From: an uncultured Chloroflexia bacterium
GTDB lineage: Bacteria > Chloroflexota > Chloroflexia > Thermomicrobiales > UBA6265
Length of the DNA: 64,000 bases
Direction: 5' to 3'
Assembly (NCBI GenBank): GCA_963724295.1
Contig: CAVRUC010000010.1
Span: 1-64,000, forward strand
A program made the position numbers and the translations under genes. How positions within the stretch are numbered: the stretch's first letter is position 1; every line of letters starts with the position of its first letter. Below, piece by piece: positions 50,487-61,091 of the stretch. The notes beneath the pieces were generated by a model. It did no database searches, was not told the DNA's origin, and saw nothing but the letters and a program-made list of their open reading frames with translations.

Positions 50487-50542
50487 CTTTGCGCTAGACA
50501 TGCAGTGATCGTCGCTGGTCCGAGAGACACGGGAGGAACCCT

Positions 50543-51694
50543 ATGTCTATACGATCGCGCTCGCAGCGCATTGGTGGATTAGTGCTGGCGGCGGCGCTCG
50601 GCGCCGCGACGCTTCTGGGAAGCGCCGGGTCAGTCGGTTTCGCCCAGGAGGCCACGCCGCAGGTTGGCTCCGCCGAAGACCTGGCTTCGGAGAACTGGAC
50701 CTGGCCGGTCGAATGGGTCGTCGACGAACAGAAGCAGCCGGCCATGTACGAGCCGATCGACCCGGCGTCGATCACCAAGTCGTGGAACATCTGCGTCTCG
50801 TTCCCGCATCTGAAGGATCCGTACTGGCTCGGCGCCGACTATGGCATCGCCGAGGAGATCCGCCGCGACGGCGCCACGATGCAGCTGTTCGAGGCCGGCG
50901 GCTACACCGAGCTCGACACACAACTCAGCCAGATGGATGACTGCGTTGCGCAAGGTGCTGAGGCGATCATCCTGGGCGCGATCAGCGCCGAGGGTGTCAA
51001 TGCCAAGGTCGAGGAGATCGTCGCCAGCGGCATCCCGGTCATCGACTTCGTCAACGGCGTCAGCTCGCCGGAAGTTTCCGCGCACGCCCTGGTCAGCTTC
51101 TACGACATGGGGCACGTGACCGGGACCTACATGAAAGAGAATCTGGTCACCGGTGACGAGCCGATTCAGGTCGCCTTCTTCCCCGGCCCGCAGGGCGCGG
51201 GATGGACGGACACCGCCTATCAGGGATTCCTGGACGCGACCGAGGGCACCAACATCGAGGTCGTCGCCACCAAGTGGGGAGACACCGGCCGCGACATTCA
51301 GCTCGCGCTGATCGAGGACGAGCTGCAGGCGAATCCGGACATCGATTTCATCGTCGGCAACGCGCAGGCGGCGGTCTCCGGGGTGCAGGCCGTGCGTGAG
51401 GCCGGGCTCGAAGACTCGATCAAGATTCTCGCCTTCCATCAGAACCCGCCCGTTTACGACGGGCTTGCCGCCGGTGATCTGACCGGTTCGGCGAACGACC
51501 ACACCGTCATTCAGGGTCGCATGGCTGTCGACATGGCGATCCGCCTGCTCGAGGGCCAGACACTCGAGCCTAGCAATCGGGCCGGGCCAGTGATCACCAT
51601 GATGACCCCGGAGAATCTCGAGACCGAATTCGTGTGGGAATCAACTTTCGCGCCGAAGGACTACCAGCCTGAGTTCACGGTCGCGGCTGAATAG
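50543..51694 (+). CDS. TorT-like sugar-type ABC substrate-binding protein
   Basis: Signal peptide; ICVSFPHLKDPYW, EAGGY, FFPGPQGAGW, WGDTG. Confidence 0.8.
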   Translation: MSIRSRSQRIGGLVLAAALGAATLLGSAGSVGFAQEATPQVGSAEDLASENWTWPVEWVVDEQKQPAMYEPIDPASITKSWNICVSFPHLKDPYWLGADYGIAEEIRRDGATMQLFEAGGYTELDTQLSQMDDCVAQGAEAIILGAISAEGVNAKVEEIVASGIPVIDFVNGVSSPEVSAHALVSFYDMGHVTGTYMKENLVTGDEPIQVAFFPGPQGAGWTDTAYQGFLDATEGTNIEVVATKWGDTGRDIQLALIEDELQANPDIDFIVGNAQAAVSGVQAVREAGLEDSIKILAFHQNPPVYDGLAAGDLTGSANDHTVIQGRMAVDMAIRLLEGQTLEPSNRAGPVITMMTPENLETEFVWESTFAPKDYQPEFTVAAE

Positions 51695-51725
51695 ATTTTC
51701 GTCGCACGCCAGGGGGGTCGGGAAC

Positions 51726-53348
51726 ATGTCTCGGCCCCTCAATCCCGACGCCACCCAATCGATAACAGCGGATAGGTCATCAGTGCAACTGGCACGCGCA
51801 ACTGCAGCGGAAGACGTGCAGCCCCTGCCCGCCGAGCCTGGCCGCGTCGAGCTCCTTCGTCTCTCGTCGGTCGCCAAGCGCTTTCCCGGCGTCCAGGCCC
51901 TGAGCGACGTCGACTTCGACCTACAATCCGGAGAAGTCCACGTCCTCTTTGGCGAGAATGGCGCCGGCAAGAGCACGCTCATCAATATCATCGCCGGCAC
52001 GTTCGCACCGGACGACGGGACGATGATGCTGCGCGGGCAACCGATTCGCCTGCACTCGCCCCACCACGCGCGGCAATTGGGCATCAACGCGGTGTTCCAG
52101 GAGTTCTCCCTGGTGCCGACCCTTTCGGTCCAGGACAACCTCTATCTGGGTCGCGAACCCAAGCGCGCCGGCATCCTCGACAAGGCGGCCATCGCCCGTG
52201 GCACGAAAGAGACGCTGGCCCTCCTGGAGTTTCATCTCGACCCCAAAGCGCAGGTCGGCAGCTTGTCGCGCGCCGAGCAGCAAATGGTCGAGATTGCCAA
52301 AGCGATCCAGGGCGAGCCGTCGATTCTGATCCTCGACGAGCCGACCGCGTCGCTGACCGAGAACGAGTCCAACCGCCTCTTCGCATTGATCGAGCGCCTG
52401 AAGCGGCAGGGACTCGGCATCATCTACATCACGCATCGTATTCAGGAGATTCGCCGGATCGCCGATCGCGTAACTGTCCTCCGCGACGGTCACGCGGTGG
52501 CCACGATGGCGTCTGGTGACGTCTCCGAGTCCCGCCTCGTGGAGCTGATGACCGGGCGCACCGTCGATGCCCTCTACCCAACGATCGACCAGCAACCAGG
52601 TCCGGTCATGCTGCAGACTGTGGCCCTGACGCTGGTCAACGACCGGGTCCGTGACGTCTCTATCGACGTGCGCGCCGGTGAGGTCGTGGGGCTGGCGGGA
52701 CTGGTCGGCTCCGGCAAGTCGGAGATCGGCCGCGCCGTCTTCGGTCTGGAGCCGCTGGCGAGCGGCAGCATCACCATCGAAGGCGACGTCGTGCCGCATC
52801 CGACACCACGCGGGATGCTCGACCGCGGCGTGATCTACATCCCACCCGACCGGCGCGAAGAGGGCCTCGTGGCCATGCGCCCGGTCCGCGAGAATATGTC
52901 GCTGGCGGCGCTGAGCCTGCCCATGTTCAGCCGGTTCGGTCTCCTTCGCCGCCGGCTGGAGAGCCGGACCGTGCGGGTAATCGCGCAGCGGCTGAATCTC
53001 CGCCCGCTCAATGTTGAGCGCCAGGTTGCCTATTTCTCCGGTGGAAACCAGCAAAAGGTCGTGTTGGGCCGAGGTCTGGCGCGGAATGTCAAGGTTTTCA
53101 TCTTTGACGAGCCGACGACCGGGGTCGACGTCGGCGCCAAGGTCGAGATCTACGGCTTCATGAAGGAGCTGTGCGAGCGCGGCGCGGCGGTGCTGCTGAT
53201 CTCCTCCGATCTTCCCGAGCTGCTTCACCTCGCGAACCGCTCCTATGTCATGCACCGCGGTGAAGTGCGGGCGGAGCTGATCGGGGCGGCGCTGACGGAA
53301 GAGGCCGTGCTGGCAAATTTCTTTGACCACGATGCCGACGCGGCATGA
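51726..53348 (+). CDS. Sugar ABC transporter ATP-binding protein (RbsA/MglA-like)
   Basis: GENGAGKS, LDEPT, SGGNQQKV, DEPTTGVDVGAK. Confidence 0.95.
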   Translation: MSRPLNPDATQSITADRSSVQLARATAAEDVQPLPAEPGRVELLRLSSVAKRFPGVQALSDVDFDLQSGEVHVLFGENGAGKSTLINIIAGTFAPDDGTMMLRGQPIRLHSPHHARQLGINAVFQEFSLVPTLSVQDNLYLGREPKRAGILDKAAIARGTKETLALLEFHLDPKAQVGSLSRAEQQMVEIAKAIQGEPSILILDEPTASLTENESNRLFALIERLKRQGLGIIYITHRIQEIRRIADRVTVLRDGHAVATMASGDVSESRLVELMTGRTVDALYPTIDQQPGPVMLQTVALTLVNDRVRDVSIDVRAGEVVGLAGLVGSGKSEIGRAVFGLEPLASGSITIEGDVVPHPTPRGMLDRGVIYIPPDRREEGLVAMRPVRENMSLAALSLPMFSRFGLLRRRLESRTVRVIAQRLNLRPLNVERQVAYFSGGNQQKVVLGRGLARNVKVFIFDEPTTGVDVGAKVEIYGFMKELCERGAAVLLISSDLPELLHLANRSYVMHRGEVRAELIGAALTEEAVLANFFDHDADAA

Positions 53349-53423
53349 TCCCGCGATCATAGCTTCCGGGCGTCTGGTCCGAATCGGACGGATGTGGGGA
53401 CACGATTACGAAGGACGAAGTTC

Positions 53424-54443
53424 ATGACGACGGCGCCCATGGAGCGGGAAGCGATAGGTGGAAACCGGCTGTCCGATCTCGCCCGGTCGATTTTTTCGAC
53501 CGTCGGCATCCTGCCGATCCTGCTCGCCGTGGTGGTCCTCTACTTTGCTTCGCAGGAGAGCCGCTTCTACGGCACCGCGAATCTGACCAACGTACTTCGC
53601 CAGTCGACGTATCTGATCATCGTCACGCTCGGACAGGCACTCGTGCTCATCAGCGGCGGGTTCGATCTATCCGTCGGTGCGGTCATCGCGGTCACAAGCG
53701 TCGTCTCGGCTCGCTTTATGTCGAATCACTACGCCGCAAATCCAAACAGTGAAGTGTCCTCGGTACTGGTTGGCGTCGGAATTGGTCTCCTGGTCGGCGT
53801 CGTCTTCGGGCTCGTCAACGGCATCGGCGTCGCGCGCTTCAAAGTCTCCCCGTTCATCATGACCCTCGGCATGGCGTCGGTCGGGAGCGGCTTCGCGCTG
53901 TACTACACCGGGGGATCGCCAGTCAGCGGCATGCCACCCCTCTTCACACGGGAAATCGGCACCGGGAGGTGGTTCGAGATTCCGGTTCCGGTCTACGCCG
54001 CGATCCTGGCGATGATTCTCGTGCTCTTCCTGGTCGGTTCGACGGCCTGGGGCCGGTATCTCTATGCCATCGGCGGCAACACGAAAGCCGCCTTCCTCTC
54101 GGGTATCCCGGTCGGGGTCTACACCGCCTCGGTCTATGTTATGTGCAGTTTGCTCGCGGCCGTTGCCGGATTGCTCCTCACCGCCCGTACCTCCTCCGGC
54201 GAACCGAATCTCGGGGGCCAGTACCCCCTCGAATCGATCACGGCCGCGGTGATCGGTGGCATCTCGTTGCGAGGCGGTGAAGGGCGGATCATAGGCGCCG
54301 TCCTTGGCGCGCTCTTTATCACCATCCTCACCAATGGCATGAACCTTATCCGCATGGAGTCGTACTTCCAGACGATCGCCATCGGGGTCATCTTGATCCT
54401 GGCGGTCATCATCGACCAGCTCCGCGACCGCTGGCGCGTCTGA
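53424..54443 (+). CDS. Sugar ABC transporter permease (RbsC-like)
   Basis: GGFDLSVG, PFIMTLG, GRYLYAIGGN, AAVIGG. Confidence 0.93.
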   Translation: MTTAPMEREAIGGNRLSDLARSIFSTVGILPILLAVVVLYFASQESRFYGTANLTNVLRQSTYLIIVTLGQALVLISGGFDLSVGAVIAVTSVVSARFMSNHYAANPNSEVSSVLVGVGIGLLVGVVFGLVNGIGVARFKVSPFIMTLGMASVGSGFALYYTGGSPVSGMPPLFTREIGTGRWFEIPVPVYAAILAMILVLFLVGSTAWGRYLYAIGGNTKAAFLSGIPVGVYTASVYVMCSLLAAVAGLLLTARTSSGEPNLGGQYPLESITAAVIGGISLRGGEGRIIGAVLGALFITILTNGMNLIRMESYFQTIAIGVILILAVIIDQLRDRWRV

Positions 54444-54468
54444 CGGAAGCCGTGTCGCGGAGGAGACG

Positions 54469-55374
54469 GTGAGCTCGATGGAGCCGCGCCCCACAGTCGG
54501 CATCGCGGGTCTGGGCCGGATGGGGCATCCAATTGCCGCGAACATCCTGGAGGCCGGCTTTCCGACCCTCGTCTGGAATCGCACCCGTGACAAGGCTGCC
54601 GATCTGCTCGACCGCGGCGCGATCTGGGCAGAAAGCCCGAGCGCCATGACGCGAACCGCGGACATCGTGCTCTCCAGCCTGGCGGATCCCGCGGCGGTGG
54701 ACGCGGTCTACTTCGGACCAGACGGCCTCCTCGATCGCGTTCGCTCCGGCACAATCCTCGTCGATCTGTCTACCGGGTCTCCCGCCCTGGCGCGCCGCAT
54801 CGCCGCCGCGGCACGCGAGCGCGGCGCGACCTTCCTCGACGCTCCGGTCGCGGGTTCTATCAAAGCGGCGACCGACGGTCAGCTTGGCATCATGGTGGGC
54901 GGCGACAGGGCCGCGTTTGAGCGCTGCCAGGCCGTCTTCTCCGCCATCGGCAAGGCGGCTTTCTACCTGGGCGAGAGTGGTAACGGCGCGACCATGAAGC
55001 TCGTCAGCAACGCGATCCTGGCGACGATCGTGCAGGCGCTCGCCGAGGGCGTGGCGCTGGGTGAAAAGGCCGGCCTCGACCCGGCGGATATCTTTACGGT
55101 GCTCGGCACATCCTCTGCCGCGGCGCCGGTAGTCGCCGCCAAAGCGACGGCGGTGACGGAGCGCGCGTACTTGCCGGCGGCCTTCACGCTGGCCCTGATG
55201 CAGAAAGACCTCTGGCTGGTGCTCAGCCTGGCCAACGAGCTCCAGGTGCCGATGCCGGCGACGGCGATCGCCCACGACATGGTCCTCGCCGCCAACGCGA
55301 CCGGTAAGAGTGGACTGGACTTCTCGGCGGTCGCGTTGCTCATGGAAGAGCTTGCCGGCGCCCGCGAGTCGTGA
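54469..55374 (+). CDS. NAD(P)-dependent beta-hydroxyacid dehydrogenase (HIBADH/GarR family)
   Basis: GLGRMG, WNRT, DAPVAGS, MKLVSN, KDL. Confidence 0.9.
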   Translation: MSSMEPRPTVGIAGLGRMGHPIAANILEAGFPTLVWNRTRDKAADLLDRGAIWAESPSAMTRTADIVLSSLADPAAVDAVYFGPDGLLDRVRSGTILVDLSTGSPALARRIAAAARERGATFLDAPVAGSIKAATDGQLGIMVGGDRAAFERCQAVFSAIGKAAFYLGESGNGATMKLVSNAILATIVQALAEGVALGEKAGLDPADIFTVLGTSSAAAPVVAAKATAVTERAYLPAAFTLALMQKDLWLVLSLANELQVPMPATAIAHDMVLAANATGKSGLDFSAVALLMEELAGARES

Positions 55375-55410
55375 CCCGAGCCCAGCGGAGGCGCCAGAAA
55401 GTCGCAAAAG

Positions 55411-55445
55411 AACGCGGCGGAGGCGATTGACGCCTCCGCCGCGTT
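55411..55445. terminator. Hairpin terminator between convergent genes
   Basis: aacgcggcggaggcg-attga-cgcctccgccgcgtt, preceded by an A tract. Confidence 0.75.
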
Positions 55446-55465
55446 GATCGAGCTCTCCGTGCGGA

Positions 55466-58173
55466 TTAGTTGCTTCGGCTCTCCTCGTGCCGCACGCCGA
55501 CTTCATCCCTTCGTCGCGCCGGAAGCACGGCGAATGGAATCGAAGTCACCGGCGCCGGTGAGGTGGGGAGGTGCCCCACACCTGTCGAGGGAACTCTCAT
55601 CACCCGCACCTTGCCGCCGCGACCGACGCCAGCCTTGGCGGGTTTGCCGGCCGGAGCCTTGATGACCCTGCCCGGCTTGCCGGGCTTCGCGGGCTTCTCC
55701 GGCACGTAGACCGGTGCAGCCGGCCCGGCGCAGATGTTGCCAACCTCGATCGTGTTGCCCTGGTTGCCGCCGGAGTTGATCTCGTTGATGACCACGAGGC
55801 CGCCGTCGGCACTGGCGTTGGCGATTCCGCCGTTCCCGGCCGACGCGGTGTCGCCACTGCCCCCTCCGAGGCCGTACCGGCTATGGATCAAATTCTTGAG
55901 TGCGCCGCCGTTGCCGCCGCCACCGTTGCCGCCGTCATTGCCAGAGACCGCCGCCAGATTTCCACTTCCGCCCGAGGCATCGCCGATCGCGGTACCACCG
56001 CCCGCGTCGATATCGATGTTGGTGGTGTTGGTGACATTGCCGCCATCGATAGAGACCGGACCGCATTCGCCATACCCGCCACCGATGTCGCCAACGTTGA
56101 TCGTGTTCCCGCGGTTGCCACCGGAGTTGATCTCGCCGATGACGACGATACCGCCGTCGGCGCTGGCATTCGCGCGGCCACCGTTCCCGGCCGCCGCCAT
56201 GCGGCCGGCCAAGCCGCCACGGCCGCCGAGGCCGTACCGGCTCTGGATAAGCCCGCGCAGCCCGCCGCGCTGCCGGTTGTCATTGTCATCATCGCCAGAG
56301 GCCGCGGCCAGGTTGTCGTCGCCACCGGAGGCATCGGCAATGGCCGTTCCACCGCTGGCGTCGATATTGATGTTGGTGCTGTTGTTGACGTTGCCGCCGT
56401 CGATGGAGAACGTGCCCCCCGACCCGCCGCAGACGCTTCCAACACCGATCGTATTTCCCTGGTTGCCACCGGAATTGATCTCGTCGATGACCACGATGCC
56501 GCCATCGGCGCTGGAGCGAGTGACTCCGCCGTTTCCGGCCAGCACGGTGTAGTCACCGTAGGTCACCCCCAGGTTGCCGTTGCCGCCCGAGGCATCACCG
56601 ATCGCCGTACCACCGCTGGCGTCGATGTCGATGTTGGTGCTGTTGTCGACGTTGCCGCCGTTAATCGAGCCCCCACCGCATTCGCCGTAGCCACCGCCGA
56701 TGCCGTCGACACCGATCGTATTCCCCTGGTTTCCGCCAGAGTTGATACTGCCGATGACGACGATGCCGCCGTCAGCGCTGGCATTCGCGCGGCCACCGTT
56801 CCCGGCAGATGCGGTGTCACCACCGACGGTCCTGTTATTGAGCGCGGCGACGCGGCTGGCGGCCAGTCCTATGTGATGCCGGTTGTTCTTGCCACCGCCG
56901 TTCCGATCACCGCCGTTGTTGCCACCATTGTCATCATTGTTCCTGGTCGTTCTTCCGGGCCTCTACCTTGACAGCCTGGCGCTCCGCCCGTTTCTGTTCG
57001 ACAACGCTGACTTTGCCGTCGTCATTGATATCGACTGCCTGCGCTAGTGCGACTTCGGATTCGTCACCGGAGGATTGGTCATCGGACCCGGAATCACTGC
57101 CGTCACTGGACCCGGAATCAGTGTCGTCGTTGGTTGCGGCTGCAGCCGCGGCAGGCTCGTCGCCTGCATCCTCGGTTGTGGTCCGCGACGCCGCTGACTC
57201 ATTGCTGTTCCCAGCGTTGGAGTCCGTGCTCGACTCGCTAGCGCCTTCTTGCCCCTGACCGTCGCCGCTCGCGCCATCGCTGCTCTGACTATCGCCGCCG
57301 GCGTCATCACTGCGGCCGCCGTCACCGGCGGTGTCATCTGACGCCGCTTCAGATGAAGCATCGTTACCGCTTGAAGCATCGTTACCGCTCGGGCTGGTCG
57401 TCTCGGGCGCTGGTTCAGCGTCGGCCGTCTCGACCGCGGAGTTGAAATCAGGGTTTTCGAAGATGTTGCCTGCCATTGGGTCAGGCGCCGCTTCACTACT
57501 GGTGTCCTCGGTTGTGTCGCCGCTCTGGCCGCCACCAGAGCCCTCGTCACCACCGCTGCTCTCAGCACCCTCTCCACCAGTGCTCTCATCGGCACTACCG
57601 CTGTCGGCGCTGTCTGACTCATCCGGCTCGGTGCCGCCGGTCACATCGCCGACCGCGTCCGCCGCGGCCTGACTGTCGAGGGCAGGGTTGGCATTGGTCG
57701 TGGTGACGTCGGCCGGTGGCGCCACTATTGGAGCAGCGGCCTCTGCCTCCGCCGCCGCGGCAGCAGCGGCTTCCGCTTCTGTGCGGCCGCGGCCGCTTCA
57801 GCTTCGGCGGCGGCAGCTGCATCGGCCTGGGCCTGCGCGGCAGCCGCCTCATCAGCCGCAGCTTGCGCCGGGCGGCATCGACTTCGGCTTGGTCAGCAGC
57901 CGCGTGATCAGCAGCCGCCTGGTCGGCAGCTGCCTGATCGGCTTGACCCTGTGCCGCGGCCGCTGCCTCCGCTTCCGCTTGGACCGCCGCGTCCGCCTCA
58001 GCGGCGGATTGCGCGGCGGCAACCGCCGCCGCGTCCATCGCCGCCTGGTCGGCTATTGAAGCATCGTCCTGCGCCAGCACCGGCAATATCGATCCCGCCA
58101 CGGTTCCCGTGGCGAGAGCCAGTGCGAGCGCCCAGCGCAACCAGACGCGCGGGGCATTCGTCGGTTCAGACAT
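55466..58173 (-). CDS. Large secreted low-complexity protein with ~80-aa Gly/Asn repeats; several frameshifts (~57870, ~57780, ~56945)
   Basis: RBS GGGGGAGG; signal peptide; Ala-rich, then Ser/Asp/Gly-rich, then 3.5 copies of AGNGG..ASADGG.VVI..INSGGN.GNTI.V...IDGGNV.N.TNI.IDA.GGTAI.DASGG. Confidence 0.7.
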
Positions 58174-58256
58174 TTCCAGTTCCTCCCCCTCGACCGTTGA
58201 GGCTGAGCCTACCCGACGTGCCCGCGTCCCGGCTAAAGTCTGGCGGTGTCGTTCCC

Positions 58257-58317
58257 CTGGTGGGTCTCAGTCTCGCTCCTTCAGACGCCCGAGGGGCAAA
58301 CCCGGTTTCGCCGCCAT
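58257..58317 (-). ncRNA. Possible c-di-GMP-II-like riboswitch / structured leader (tentative)
   Basis: Minus strand UGGCGGC-GAAAC...GGGCG..GGAGCGAGACUGAGACCCACCA loosely resembles the GAAAC...GGAG..AG..GUG..ACC layout; the pseudoknot pairing is not canonical. Confidence 0.2.
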
Positions 58318-58454
58318 CGGTCCGGATTACGAGGGGCCGATGTACGATTGGCAGCGGGACTGTACCGTGGCCAGGATTGACCGCCGGTTGTGGCCTGACG
58401 TATGGCCGCCCGACATGAATCTGCGGTCATGTGCGAGAGATTGAGGACCACGGA

Positions 58455-60068
58455 ATGCCCGCCCAACCAGACACGATCATCTGGGGATCCCGCATCCGGA
58501 CCCTGGACCCGGCCCTCCCGATCTGCAGCGCGGTGGCGGTTAAGGATGGGCTCATCGCCGCCACCGGAGACGACGACACGATCCGCGCCCTGCGCGGTCC
58601 CGGAACGCGGATGATCGATGCCCGAGGCATCGCCTTTGTGCCCGGGCTTACCGACTCTCACATCCACCCGCTGATGGGCACGATCCGCACCCAGGGCGCC
58701 GACCTTTTCGACGCGACGAGCCTGGATGACATCCGGAAGCGCCTCCTCGCCGAGCGCGAGCGGGTCGGCCCAAACGGCTGGATAAAGGGCTGGGGGCTTC
58801 ACTACGAGCCGTTCGAGGAGACAGGTATTCACGGCGATCTCCTTGATGGGGTCGCTGCCGGCCAGCCGATGCTCCTGGAGTTCTTCGACGGACACACCGC
58901 ACTCGCCAATCGCGCCGCGCTGGCGATCGCCGGCATCGGCGGGCCGGTCGCATTCGAAGAAAAAGCGAGCGTGGTCTGCGTCGACGGCATCCCCACCGGT
59001 GAGCTGCAAGAATGGGCCGCCATGCGCCTCGTGCAAGACGTCGTTCCCGAGGTCGACGCCGAGACGCGCTTTGGCTGGTTCAAGGACTCTTTCCGCCGCT
59101 TCAGCGAGGCCGGCTTGACGGCGATCCATGCTATGGACGGCACCCCCGCGGAGCTCGACATCTATCGGCGGCTGGAGGAGAACGGCGATCTCACCTGCCG
59201 CGTCGTCGTCCCTCTCTGGCAGCAACCCGACACGACGATGGCGGAGATGCGCGACCAGCTTCCGTTTCGCGATGACCGCGGCCGGCTGTGGCGCTGCGGC
59301 GCCGCGAAGTTCTTCATCGACGGGGTGATCGAGACCGGCACCGCCTGGCTCGTCGAGCCAGACACGAAGGGTCAGGGACTACACCCCTTCTGGCCCGAGC
59401 CAGAGCGCTATGCGGCAGCCGTCGCATTGTTTGCCGGCGCCGGATTCCAGTGCATCACCCACGCGGTCGGTGACCGTGGGGTGCAAGCGGCGCTCGACGC
59501 CTACGAAGCGGCCGGTCACGCCGCGGGCGTGCATCACCGCATCGAGCACATCGAGCTGGTACAGGAGCGGGACGTGCTCCGTTTCGGTGAGTTGGGGGTC
59601 GTCGCGTCGATGCAACCGCTGCATATGGCTGCCGCTCGCGCCGATGGCAGCGACGAGTGGGCGGCCCGCGTCGGACCCGAGCGCACGGCAGCCGCCTTTC
59701 GAGCGCAAACTCTCCGCTCGTCCGGTGCGATCCTGGCCCTGGGATCGGATTGGATGGTCGCGCCATTCGACCCGCGCCTCGGCATGGCCTGGGCGCGACT
59801 CCGCCGCACTCCTGGGCTCCTGGAGATGCCCCCTCGGGCGGGGGACCAGGCGCTGACCGCACTCCAGACCCTCGAGGGCTACACGACCGGAGCAGCGTCG
59901 GCCATTTCGGAAGAGGACGTATCCGGACGCATCAAGCCAGGCTACCGCGCCGATCTCACCGGGTTCGCCGCCGATCCGGTCGACACGGATGCCGACGCCT
60001 TGCTCGACTTGCCGGTCTTGATGACGATCGTCGATGGTCACGTCGTATACGAGGCTCGCTATCACTGA
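58455..60068 (+). CDS. Amidohydrolase family 3 (YtcJ-like)
   Basis: PGLTDSHIH, KFFIDG, HAVGD, HRIEH, SMQP, LGSDW. Confidence 0.92.
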   Translation: MPAQPDTIIWGSRIRTLDPALPICSAVAVKDGLIAATGDDDTIRALRGPGTRMIDARGIAFVPGLTDSHIHPLMGTIRTQGADLFDATSLDDIRKRLLAERERVGPNGWIKGWGLHYEPFEETGIHGDLLDGVAAGQPMLLEFFDGHTALANRAALAIAGIGGPVAFEEKASVVCVDGIPTGELQEWAAMRLVQDVVPEVDAETRFGWFKDSFRRFSEAGLTAIHAMDGTPAELDIYRRLEENGDLTCRVVVPLWQQPDTTMAEMRDQLPFRDDRGRLWRCGAAKFFIDGVIETGTAWLVEPDTKGQGLHPFWPEPERYAAAVALFAGAGFQCITHAVGDRGVQAALDAYEAAGHAAGVHHRIEHIELVQERDVLRFGELGVVASMQPLHMAAARADGSDEWAARVGPERTAAAFRAQTLRSSGAILALGSDWMVAPFDPRLGMAWARLRRTPGLLEMPPRAGDQALTALQTLEGYTTGAASAISEEDVSGRIKPGYRADLTGFAADPVDTDADALLDLPVLMTIVDGHVVYEARYH

Positions 60069-60940
60069 TGACAGAAACAATGCCTCGATCCACCGTCTGC
60101 CTGACGTTCGACTTCGACGCCATTTCGCTCTGGCTCGGTCCCTTCGCGGCCAGGTCACCAAGCATGATCTCGCGCGGCGAGTTCGGCGCGGTCGGTTGCG
60201 AGCGTATCCTGCGGCTGCTCGAGCGAGAGCAGGTTCCCGCCACCTTCTTCGTCACCGGGCACACGGCGGACACCTACCCGCATCTCACCCGGGCTATCGC
60301 GGCGGCTGGCCACGAGCTTGGGCACCACGGGTACCTGCACGAGAATCCTCTATCTCTGGAGACCGTGGAGCGGGAGCGCGAGGTCCTGGTAAAGGGTTTC
60401 GACGCGCTCGATCGCGCGGCCGGAGTGCGACCGATCGGCTACCGCTCGCCGTCCTGGGACAACAGCCCCTTTACGACTGACTTGCTGCTCGAGCAAGGCT
60501 TTCAATACGAGAGCTCGTTGATGGGCGACGACTTCACCCCGTACTGGTGCCGTACCGGCGATGTCATCCAGCCCGACGGTCCGTACCTCTTCGGTCCAGA
60601 GGTCGATCTGGTTGAGATGCCGGTGAGCTGGATCCTCGACGACTTCCCACATTTCGAATACGTCTCGATCCGGTCGCTCGGCGTGAGTTATCCGGGTCAC
60701 TCGGCCCCCTCAAAAGTCGAAGAGATCTGGCAAGGCGAGTTCACCTTCATGCGGCGTGAGGTTCCGGGAGGCGTCTTCACGCTGACGATGCACCCCCAGG
60801 TCATCGGACGCGGGCACCGCATGCTGATGCTGGAGCGGCTGATCGCCTGGTTCAAGAGCCACTCGGACACCCACTTCTCCACCCTCGGGGCCGCGGCGCA
60901 GACCTTCCGTGACACGCATTCACGGCAGCTCCGGTTGTAA
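60068..60940 (+). CDS. Polysaccharide deacetylase family (CE4, PgdA/PuuE-like)
   Basis: TFDFDA, ATFFV, HHGYLHE, GYRSP, MHPQVIGR; TGATG coupling. Confidence 0.9.
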   Translation: MTETMPRSTVCLTFDFDAISLWLGPFAARSPSMISRGEFGAVGCERILRLLEREQVPATFFVTGHTADTYPHLTRAIAAAGHELGHHGYLHENPLSLETVEREREVLVKGFDALDRAAGVRPIGYRSPSWDNSPFTTDLLLEQGFQYESSLMGDDFTPYWCRTGDVIQPDGPYLFGPEVDLVEMPVSWILDDFPHFEYVSIRSLGVSYPGHSAPSKVEEIWQGEFTFMRREVPGGVFTLTMHPQVIGRGHRMLMLERLIAWFKSHSDTHFSTLGAAAQTFRDTHSRQLRL

Positions 60941-61091
60941 CGTCGCGTTGTTGACCGCGACAACATTGTTGGAACCTGGGCTTCGACAAACGTGGGCGGC
61001 CTTACGATTCGCCAGCCACCCGACACGTCTCCCGCGCGGATATTTTGGCTCTGATACGCTCGACGGACTTGGTCGTTGTAAGGAGGAGACG

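Noticed and set aside
50543..51694. TMAO respiration locus
   Set aside because: No torS, torR, torC or torA; the context is an ABC transporter
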